From the NCBI RefSeq assembly GCF_014280175.1, contig NZ_CP047931.1, forward strand, positions 1,650,001 through 1,682,000: 32,000 nucleotides of DNA, in the 5' to 3' direction. The position numbers and the translations under genes were made by a program. Positions 25,931 to 32,000 of the stretch are shown one piece after another. This DNA is from Synechococcus sp. A15-28 (GTDB lineage: Bacteria; Cyanobacteriota; Cyanobacteriia; PCC-6307; Cyanobiaceae). How positions within the stretch are numbered: the first letter of the stretch is position 1; every line of letters starts with the position of its first letter. The notes beneath the pieces were generated by a model. The model was not told where the DNA came from, did not search any database, and worked only from the letters and a program-made list of their open reading frames with translations.

Positions 25931-26856
25931 CCCACCGGCTGAGGCTCCCACAGGCGTCGACGCTGGCTCACACACACCACTGATACCAACACCATCAGCG
26001 CACCAACCCACTGAAGCGGATCCAGACGTTCCCCCAGAAACCATCCCCCCGTGGCCAGGGCGAAGACGGGGGTTAGGAACCCAAGACTGCTGAATGTGGT
26101 CAGGTCCCGACGGTTGGCAAACCAGAAGAACAGCCCATAGGCCAGGGCACTGCCCAGCAGGGTGGCGAATCCCATGCGCCCCCAATCAGCGAGGGTCCAG
26201 TTCGGGAGGGTCCAGCCGTTCTGCCATTCGGCCGCCAGCAGGAAGGGACAACCACCCAGCAGCATGTGCCAAGCCGTCACGGCTACAGGATCGCTGTGGC
26301 GAGCGGCGTAGCGGATCAATACGGTGCCCACCGCCATCGCCAGAGCGGCCAGCAACATCCATCCCTCACCGGGTTGAAGCAACTGCAGAAATTGGGGTGG
26401 GTCCAGCAACAGCCACCAATGACCCAGCAGATCTGCAGGCACACCGAGGCAGACAATCCCTGCCAGGCCGAGGGCCAGTCCAAGCCAGCCAACAGGGTTG
26501 ATCGATTCAGCGAACAGCACCCTGGCCAGAAGTGCCACCAGCAGGGGCTGGGAATCGATCAGCACCGAACCGAGCCCAGCACCGGTCTGCGCCAGACCAC
26601 AGGCCAACAGCCCCTGGAACAGGCAGGCATCCACAAGGGTGAACAGAAGAAACCAAGCCAGATCCCGACGATCAAGAGACCAGCGGCGTCCACTGACCAC
26701 GGCCCAGGCCATCAGCACAACCCCGGCGGGGAGCAAGCGAAAGGCCGCCACAAACCAAGGGCCGCCACTGGCGAGTAGCGGCGCCATCGCCGTCATGGCG
26801 GTCCCCCACAACGCAAACGGAAGCACCATCAGCAACCAGAGACGGAGCGGTGCCAT
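25927..26856 (-). CDS. EamA/DMT-superfamily transporter (10-TM type)
   Basis: ATG 26856 (MAPLRLWLLMVLPFALWGTAM). Two EamA-like halves and a hydrophobic profile throughout. Confidence 0.88.
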   Translation of the reverse strand: MAPLRLWLLMVLPFALWGTAMTAMAPLLASGGPWFVAAFRLLPAGVVLMAWAVVSGRRWSLDRRDLAWFLLFTLVDACLFQGLLACGLAQTGAGLGSVLIDSQPLLVALLARVLFAESINPVGWLGLALGLAGIVCLGVPADLLGHWWLLLDPPQFLQLLQPGEGWMLLAALAMAVGTVLIRYAARHSDPVAVTAWHMLLGGCPFLLAAEWQNGWTLPNWTLADWGRMGFATLLGSALAYGLFFWFANRRDLTTFSSLGFLTPVFALATGGWFLGERLDPLQWVGALMVLVSVVCVSQRRRLWEPQPVG

Positions 26857-26909
26857 AGGAGTGGAGGAGGATGCTCTTTTTAAGATCCAAAGGATTGCAG
26901 TTGCGAGAG

Positions 26910-27722
26910 ATGATCTGGCCCTGGCGCCGTAAATCACGCCGTCGCATGGCGAGGATCGTGGTTGATGGTCCGATCACCGGCAGCACCCGTCAGCGGGTGC
27001 TCAAGGCAATTCGTGATGTGGAGCAGCGGGAATTCCCGGCCCTGCTCCTGCGGATTGACAGCCCGGGTGGAACGGTTGGAGACAGCCAGGAGATTCATGC
27101 GGCCCTGCTGCGCCTGCGCGCCAAGGGCTGCCGCGTGGTGGCCAGCTTCGGGAATATCTCCGCCTCCGGTGGCGTCTACATCGGCGTGGCGGCGGAGTCG
27201 ATCGTGGCCAACCCCGGCACGATCACCGGATCGATCGGAGTCATCCTGCGCGGCAATGACCTGTCACGCGTTTTCGAGCGGATCGGCATCCGCTTCGACA
27301 CCGTCAAGAGCGGGGTCTACAAGGACATTCTTTCCCCGGATCGTCCCCTCAGCCCCGAGGAACGAGCTCTGCTGCAGGAGTTGATTGACAGCAGCTATGG
27401 CCAGTTCGTTCGCGTGGTTGCCGAAGGCCGTTCGATGACCGAAGAGGCGGTCCGCGGCTTTGCCGATGGCCGCGTCTTCAGCGGTGAACAGGCGAAGGCC
27501 CTGGGTCTGGTTGATGAACTCGGCGATGAAGACCATGCCCGGCGCCTGGCCGCAAAGCTGGCAGACCTGGATGAAGCGACTGCGCGTCCGGTCACCCTGG
27601 GACGGACCCGCAAGAAGTTGATCAATCTCTTGCCAGGCTCCCAGCTGATCACGCTGTTGCAACAGCGCCTCAGCCTTGAGCTCATGGGCAGTGGTCAGGT
27701 GCTCTGGCTGTACCGCCCATGA
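26910..27722 (+). CDS. sppA: Signal peptide peptidase SppA, 36K type
   Basis: LLLRIDSPGGTV, NISASGGVYI (catalytic Ser) and VKSGVYKDIL (Lys). ATG 26910 (MIWPWRRKSRRR) is preferred over ATG 26871. Confidence 0.92.
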   Translation: MIWPWRRKSRRRMARIVVDGPITGSTRQRVLKAIRDVEQREFPALLLRIDSPGGTVGDSQEIHAALLRLRAKGCRVVASFGNISASGGVYIGVAAESIVANPGTITGSIGVILRGNDLSRVFERIGIRFDTVKSGVYKDILSPDRPLSPEERALLQELIDSSYGQFVRVVAEGRSMTEEAVRGFADGRVFSGEQAKALGLVDELGDEDHARRLAAKLADLDEATARPVTLGRTRKKLINLLPGSQLITLLQQRLSLELMGSGQVLWLYRP

Positions 27723-28102
27723 ACGACGTACCACTTCGCCTGGTGGGTCTGCGGGGCGCCACCACCTGTGCGGCCAACACAACGGCAGAGATCCGTCAGG
27801 CGGTCGGCGAGTTGATCAATGCTCTGGTCAGCCGCAACAGGCTCAATCCGTCCCAGATCGTTTCGGTGACGTTCTCCGTCACCGCCGATCTTGACGCCTG
27901 CTTCCCCGCTGCTGAAGCGCGCCAGCGGGAAGGCTGGGACAGCGTGGCCCTGTTGGATTGTCAACAGATGGCTGTTCAGGGCGACCTAAGCCGCTGCATC
28001 CGCGTTTTAGCCCACGCCTGGCTGCCCCAAGAGCAATCGCCTCAACACCCCTACCTGGGAGATGCCAGTCGACTGCGGCCAGACCGATCTGGTCACAACT
28101 GA
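27719..28102 (+). CDS. aroH: Chorismate mutase, AroH class
   Basis: ATGA overlap with sppA. LRGATTCAANT...SVTFSVTADL...VLAHAW is typical of the AroH family, and the protein is 127 aa. Confidence 0.9.
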   Translation: MNDVPLRLVGLRGATTCAANTTAEIRQAVGELINALVSRNRLNPSQIVSVTFSVTADLDACFPAAEARQREGWDSVALLDCQQMAVQGDLSRCIRVLAHAWLPQEQSPQHPYLGDASRLRPDRSGHN

Positions 28103-28177
28103 CAGCTCAGGGGCCGGCCCAGGGGACTCCCCTCCCGCCATGGGTCTCAGGAGAATCTCCACAACAGATTGATCGTG

Positions 28178-28747
28178 ATGAAACAGTCCCTTCTGCGCCA
28201 GGCCTTGACCCTCAGCGCTGCTGCAGCGCTGACCACCGCCAGCCAATCCATGTTCGCTCCCAGGTCTGAAGCCCAGGGGGGCACGCCTGGCCTGATGGAA
28301 TTCCGCTGGGACAGCGATCGGGATTACAGAAAGCTGTACTACTTCCAAACCTCAGCCATCGAGAACGATCGCTCGGAGTGGTACCTCCAATTGAGAGCCA
28401 AGGACCGCAAGACCGCGTTCATGAAGTTGACGGTGACGGTGCCCGACTACTTCGACTCCAAGCTGCGCCCTGAGCGAATGACCCTCTGCCGCACGTCCGC
28501 CGGCAGCATGATGAGCCGAACGCGGTGCCTCGAGGAGGTACCCGCCACGATCGAGGTCAACAAGTCCCAGACAGCCATTGAGGTCTACCCCGACACCCCC
28601 GTTCCTGTTGAAGGTGACTACTCCCTGCGGATCAAGCTGTTCAACCCTCAAGGCATGCGGATGTACCAGCTCAACGCTCTGATCCAAGCGCCTGGTGATG
28701 TGCCCATGTCCGGTTACGTGGGCAGCTGGCTAATCGACATCGACTGA
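28178..28747 (+). CDS. Secreted DUF2808-family protein (cyanobacteria-restricted, unknown function)
   Basis: ATG 28178 gives the signal peptide MKQSLLRQALTLSAAAALTTASQS (the track start is TTG 28169). The family call is from memory of DUF2808 proteins (…YYFQ…LTVTVPDYF…IEVYPDTPVPVEGDYSLRIKLFNP…). Confidence 0.6.
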   Translation: MKQSLLRQALTLSAAAALTTASQSMFAPRSEAQGGTPGLMEFRWDSDRDYRKLYYFQTSAIENDRSEWYLQLRAKDRKTAFMKLTVTVPDYFDSKLRPERMTLCRTSAGSMMSRTRCLEEVPATIEVNKSQTAIEVYPDTPVPVEGDYSLRIKLFNPQGMRMYQLNALIQAPGDVPMSGYVGSWLIDID

Positions 28748-28764
28748 CTGATAAATTTGTCAGT
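28743..28764 (+). promoter_or_regulatory. Stem-loop ACTGAC-N10-GTCAGT straddling the DUF2808 stop. The loop carries the extended -10-like TGATAAATT upstream of rpmH
   Basis: Read directly: a 6-bp stem (28743-28748 / 28759-28764) with only a weak T-run after it. It could be a weak terminator or a promoter element for rpmH, and the sequence does not distinguish the two. Confidence 0.2.
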
Positions 28765-28793
28765 TCTGATCGGCCGGACGCCAACCAATTCCT

Positions 28794-28931
28794 ATGACGA
28801 AGCGCACTCTGGGTGGAACCAGCCGCAAACGGAAGCGGGTCTCCGGTTTCCGTGTTCGCATGCGCTCCCACACCGGCCGTCGGGTGATCCGCACCCGCCG
28901 CAAGCGGGGCCGCGCCCGTCTGGCCGTCTGA
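28794..28931 (+). CDS. rpmH: 50S ribosomal protein L34
   Basis: Below the ORF-track size cutoff. Hand translation gives [45 protein letters not shown]. The rpmH-rnpA-yidC synteny is classical. Confidence 0.97.
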
Positions 28932-28970
28932 TCCACAGATCAATCTGACCCTCCAACAACACCCGGGTTG

Positions 28971-29357
28971 ATGGCACTCCCCGCCTCCATGAGACTGAGG
29001 GGGCACCGCTGCTTCAACAGGCTGCATCGCATCGGTCGCCGTCATCACGGCGACTGGATGGTGCTGCGGGTGATGCCGGCAGATCCACGCCTGCTGAGGC
29101 GGGAATTGCGGCAACGCCCAACGCGTTGCTGCCGCTGTGCCCTTGTGATCAGCAGCAAGGTGAGCAAGCGGGCTGTGCGCCGAAATCGACTGCGCCGGCT
29201 GTTTCACCAGCACCTGCGTCAGCAACTCGAACATCGCGGTGACCTTGCGGGCCGTTGGCTGCTGATCAGCCTCCGCCCCGAAGCGTCGGATGCGGATCCA
29301 TCACAGTTGCTTGAAGAATGCGACAGTCTTCTCAGTTCCGCAGGCCTGGGCCGATGA
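28971..29357 (+). CDS. rnpA: Ribonuclease P protein component
   Basis: ATG 28971 (the track start is TTG 28968). A basic protein with SKKVSKRAVRRNRLRRL (the RNR motif), immediately after rpmH. Confidence 0.93.
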   Translation: MALPASMRLRGHRCFNRLHRIGRRHHGDWMVLRVMPADPRLLRRELRQRPTRCCRCALVISSKVSKRAVRRNRLRRLFHQHLRQQLEHRGDLAGRWLLISLRPEASDADPSQLLEECDSLLSSAGLGR

Positions 29358-29761
29358 CCAGCATCCAAGAGGACGTTCACTACGACGGTGGCCCGGCCAA
29401 GGGTGATCTGATCTTCAATCTCCTGCTGGGTGTCACCTTGATCGGATTGCCGTTCGCGATCGGAGCCATTGTCCGGGCTGTGTGGCTGCGTTTCCGCATC
29501 ACCAGTCGACGCATCTCCGTCACCGGCGGATGGATGGGCAAGGAAAAGACCCAGGTGGTCTATTCCCAGATCAAGGAGGTCCGCACCGTTTCCAGGGGCT
29601 TTGGCGCCTGGGGCGACATGGTGCTGGTGCTGAACGATGGCGCCCGCCTTGAGATGCGATCGGTGCCGAGTTTCCGCGAAACCGAGGCCTTCATCCTCGA
29701 GCGCATGGCAGCTCGTTCATCCGCACCTGCCGACAAGGCGGTCGAGGGATTCGCCACCTGA
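29354..29761 (+). CDS. Membrane-anchored bacterial PH-domain (bPH_2/YdbT-like) protein
   Basis: ATG 29354 forms an ATGA overlap with the rnpA stop. TM hairpin [27 protein letters not shown], followed by [13 protein letters not shown]...[12 protein letters not shown]...GDMVL. Confidence 0.75.
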   Translation: MTSIQEDVHYDGGPAKGDLIFNLLLGVTLIGLPFAIGAIVRAVWLRFRITSRRISVTGGWMGKEKTQVVYSQIKEVRTVSRGFGAWGDMVLVLNDGARLEMRSVPSFRETEAFILERMAARSSAPADKAVEGFAT

Positions 29762-29816
29762 ATCAGCTGTTCATGCACACTGGCACCACAACGTCACCAA
29801 CCACGGGTCTTACAAC

Positions 29817-30959
29817 GTGATCGGGTACATCTCCGACAACCTGCTGATCCCGATCCTGGATTTTTTCTACGGATTGGTTCCCAGTTACGGCCTGGCGATC
29901 GTGGCTCTCACAATCGTGATCCGCGTTGCCCTCTACCCCCTCAGCGCCGGATCGATCCGCAGCGCCCGGCGCATGCGCATCGCCCAGCCCGTCATCCAGA
30001 AGCGACAGGCTGAAATCAAAAGCCGTTATGCCAACAACCTGCAGAAACAGCAGGAGGAACTCGGCAAGGTGATGAAGGAATTCGGCAGTCCCCTGGCGGG
30101 ATGCCTGCCGTTGCTGGTGCAGATGCCGATCCTCTTCGCCCTGTTCGCCACGCTGCGGGGATCACCATTCGCTGACGTTCCCTACACGATCAATCTCAAG
30201 GTTCTGCCCGCCGATCAGATCGCGGCCGTCGAGCCGAAGCCCTTCAACAGCGCCAGCCATTCAATCTTCATCGGTGAAACCGATCACGTTCCTGTGATCG
30301 CCAGCCTTCCCCGCGGAACCAAGCTCGGCGTCGGCGACAGCGCCACCGTGAACCTCCACACCAAAGATGGTCGAGGCTTTGACGACGTGCTCACAGCCGT
30401 TGACAACCCCTCAAGATTTGCCCCCAACTGGTCGATCACCAAAGGGGATGACGTGGTGAGCGTCAGCGACGACGGCACTATCACCGCCCTGGCCGCCGGT
30501 GATGCCACCGCGGAAGCCAAGATCCCTGGCTTGGCAGCCCGCAGCGGTTTCCTGTTCATCAAGGCTCTGGGCCAGGTGGGCTTCTACGCCGACGGAGACA
30601 TCAACTGGGACATCGCCATCCTCGTCGGAGGCTTCGGAATCACCCTGTTCCTGTCTCAGCTGCTGTCTGGGATGGGCATGCCCGCCAACCCCCAGCAGTC
30701 CACCGCCAACAAGATCACTCCCGTAATGATCACGGGCATGTTCCTGTTCTTTCCGCTTCCCGCCGGCGTTCTGCTCTATATGGTGATCGCCAACATTTTC
30801 CAGGCGCTGCAGACCTTCCTGCTCACCCGTGAAGCCTTGCCAGACAACCTGCAGAAAATCCTGGATCAGCAGATGACTCAGCAGACGGTGCCCGCCACGG
30901 CGACCTCTGTGGGCGGTGGCGATTCACGCCTTCCCTTTGAACCCAAAGGCGGCAAATGA
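29817..30959 (+). CDS. yidC: Membrane protein insertase YidC/Alb3-type (380 aa) with a large insertion in the TM2-TM3 loop
   Basis: The first start codon in frame after the upstream stop is GTG 29817 ([19 protein letters not shown]); the track ORF start at 29637 lies inside the PH-domain gene. Conserved [21 protein letters not shown] and [19 protein letters not shown]. Confidence 0.95.
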   Translation: MIGYISDNLLIPILDFFYGLVPSYGLAIVALTIVIRVALYPLSAGSIRSARRMRIAQPVIQKRQAEIKSRYANNLQKQQEELGKVMKEFGSPLAGCLPLLVQMPILFALFATLRGSPFADVPYTINLKVLPADQIAAVEPKPFNSASHSIFIGETDHVPVIASLPRGTKLGVGDSATVNLHTKDGRGFDDVLTAVDNPSRFAPNWSITKGDDVVSVSDDGTITALAAGDATAEAKIPGLAARSGFLFIKALGQVGFYADGDINWDIAILVGGFGITLFLSQLLSGMGMPANPQQSTANKITPVMITGMFLFFPLPAGVLLYMVIANIFQALQTFLLTREALPDNLQKILDQQMTQQTVPATATSVGGGDSRLPFEPKGGK

Positions 30960-31474
30960 TTGAAGGCCTGGAGCCTGTTGCTCTTCAGGAACTCCGGGTG
31001 CTGGGTGCTCCCCGCCACTGGTCCGTCGAAGGCCATCTGGATCAATTGCCGTCATTAACCCCTGTTCGGGGGCAACTGAGCGCCGAACATCGCGGCAATG
31101 TCCTGATGGTGGAGGGAGAACTCAGCACCATCGTGACCCTGCGCTGCGATCGCTGTCTCGGTCAGTTCAACCAACAGCTGCGTTGCACCAGCTCCGAACT
31201 GATCTGGCTGGGTGAGGCGCCACCGACTCAAGACGATCTTCAGGAGTCCGAGGACATCTCCGAGATCGAAGGATTGGTCGAATGCCTCGACCCGAGGGGT
31301 GATTTCGATCCCCAGCAATGGGTGTTCGAACACCTCAATCTGCAGCTGCCCGTTGTGAATCACTGCGGCGAACACTGTCCGGGACCGCCGCTCCGTCGGG
31401 AAACGGTTGTGAACGAGGTGGATGAGGCGATCGATCCCCGCTGGTCGGTCCTCCGAAATCTGCAACAGCCATGA
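30956..31474 (+). CDS. DUF177 / YceD-family protein
   Basis: ATGA overlap with yidC. Motifs CDRCLGQF...HCGEHCPG...DPRWSVL, the Cys pairs and C-terminal DPRW typical of YceD. Confidence 0.85.
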   Translation: MIEGLEPVALQELRVLGAPRHWSVEGHLDQLPSLTPVRGQLSAEHRGNVLMVEGELSTIVTLRCDRCLGQFNQQLRCTSSELIWLGEAPPTQDDLQESEDISEIEGLVECLDPRGDFDPQQWVFEHLNLQLPVVNHCGEHCPGPPLRRETVVNEVDEAIDPRWSVLRNLQQP

Positions 31475-32000
31475 CCGCCGGCACCATCTGGGGGGATCAG
31501 TTGGATCTGATGATCCGGGCGAGAACAGCTCTGATCTGGATTCGCAGCAACGAGGAGGCGCGGGTTGAAGCCCTGCTGCGGCAGACAGCGACTCGGCTGC
31601 AGCACCAGCTTGGTTGCTGGGATTTCATCGACGGCCTTCAAGGCGTTCTGAACGTCGAAGGACTGGGAAGCCGTCAGCCAATGGCGGTGCTGCAATGGCT
31701 GCGGGAGCTGGACAGCAGCAAGCCGACCCTCCTCCTGGTCAAAGACTTCCATCGCTTCTGCGATGACCCCGGCATCGCCAGGATGTTGCGCAACCTTCAG
31801 CAGGCACTGCGCAGCACATCCCACACGTTGGTGCTCTGCAGCGGCAGCTGGTCGCCACCAGCAGACCTTGAAGAAGCCCTCACCCTTCTGGATCTGCCTT
31901 TACCGGACAGCGATGAGCTCCGCAGGCTGCTGAACACCATCAGCCAGAGCAGCGGGGTCCCTCTGGAGCCGACAGTGCTCGAGGAGCTCACCCGAGCCTG
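31471..32000 (+). CDS. AAA+ ATPase, Ycf46-like, N-terminal 176 codons; continues past the right edge
   Basis: Not in the ORF track because there is no stop inside the window. ATGA overlap with the DUF177 stop, and hand translation is open to the window end: [36 protein letters not shown]...PTLLLVKDFHRFCDDPGIARMLRNL...LDLPLPDSDELRRLL. The pattern resembles the pre-ATPase region of cyanobacterial Ycf46. The Walker motifs would lie beyond the window. Confidence 0.65.
   Translation, partial: MTAGTIWGDQLDLMIRARTALIWIRSNEEARVEALLRQTATRLQHQLGCWDFIDGLQGVLNVEGLGSRQPMAVLQWLRELDSSKPTLLLVKDFHRFCDDPGIARMLRNLQQALRSTSHTLVLCSGSWSPPADLEEALTLLDLPLPDSDELRRLLNTISQSSGVPLEPTVLEELTRA

Noticed and set aside
28757-28948. 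63-aa track ORF (and the minus-strand ORFs 28792..28977 and 28671..29234) across the rpmH locus
   Set aside because: A different frame of the same DNA encodes a perfect 45-aa ribosomal protein L34 followed by rnpA, so the listed ORFs are frame artefacts.
28932-28970. Possible DnaA box (TGATCCACA) between rpmH and rnpA, hinting at a replication origin next to the classic rpmH-rnpA-yidC string
   Set aside because: It is a single imperfect box with no cluster, no AT-rich unwinding element and no dnaA or dnaN nearby. Cyanobacterial origins are not normally at this locus.
1-32000. Scan for CRISPR arrays, IS/transposase/integrase genes, tRNA/rRNA genes and HIP1 (GCGATCGC) enrichment
   Set aside because: There are no repeat-spacer periodicity, no mobile-element ORFs, and no non-coding gap larger than about 200 nt to host a structured RNA gene. 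I noticed only two GCGATCGC copies (8487-8494 and 31146-31153), so HIP1 is not enriched.

Overview
This window is a high-GC (about 50-73% in the 60-nt stretches I counted), very gene-dense piece of cyanobacterial chromosome. The gene content (ndhB, vipp1, a cyAbrB-type regulator, DUF2808, a Ycf46-like ATPase, ctaAB/ctaCDE) and the composition suggest a marine or estuarine picocyanobacterium of the Synechococcus/Cyanobium type. That assignment is inference, since no search was possible.

I resolve 38 protein-coding loci. Two of them, rpmH (45 codons) and the edge-truncated ctaB, are missing from the ORF track and were found by hand translation. There is no rRNA, tRNA, CRISPR array, transposase, integrase or phage gene, and no intergenic gap longer than about 200 nt. 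This is mostly core housekeeping DNA, not a classical accessory island, and I did not find a clear novel multi-gene defence or mobile system.

Gene order:
- ctaB<-ctaA | ctaC->ctaD->ctaE, then cyAbrB-> <-ribE | BFN nuclease->Fe-S aldo/keto reductase->
- A five-gene overlapping minus-strand operon: topA, lipoprotein, DUF2232, CobT-like TIGR00303, Tat-lipoprotein
- ndhB->ABC ATPase->CheY-like receiver-> <-histidine kinase<-PAS | OmpR-type regulator->
- <-M23 peptidase<-birA<-aminotransferase<-thioredoxin<-vipp1 | DUF721-> <-ArnT-like GT-C<-GT4<-DMT transporter | sppA->aroH->DUF2808->
- rpmH->rnpA->PH-domain protein->yidC->DUF177->Ycf46-like AAA

The most unusual stretch is 15.0-18.4 kb. It holds a two-component cluster in which the OmpR-type regulator carries a single in-frame TAG exactly at the receiver/effector linker, with an ATG 3 nt later. 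The cognate PAS-kinase has an intact H-box but a degenerate, shortened ATP-binding domain. A second receiver-only protein is translationally chained to ndhB through an orphan ABC ATPase.

Other observations worth checking:
- A phased CACCTT/palindrome array in the cta divergent promoter
- A Thr-rich 15-codon uORF overlapping the GTG start of yidC
- An Ig-like insertion in the YidC periplasmic/lumenal loop
- A DMT-GT4-GT-C operon that resembles an Arn-like periplasmic glycosylation route
- A CobT-like gene embedded in a lipoprotein/membrane-protein operon headed by topA
- All five convergent gene junctions overlap or are separated by 4 nt or less

Functional calls rest on my recognition of motifs in the supplied translations. 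None has been verified by a database search.
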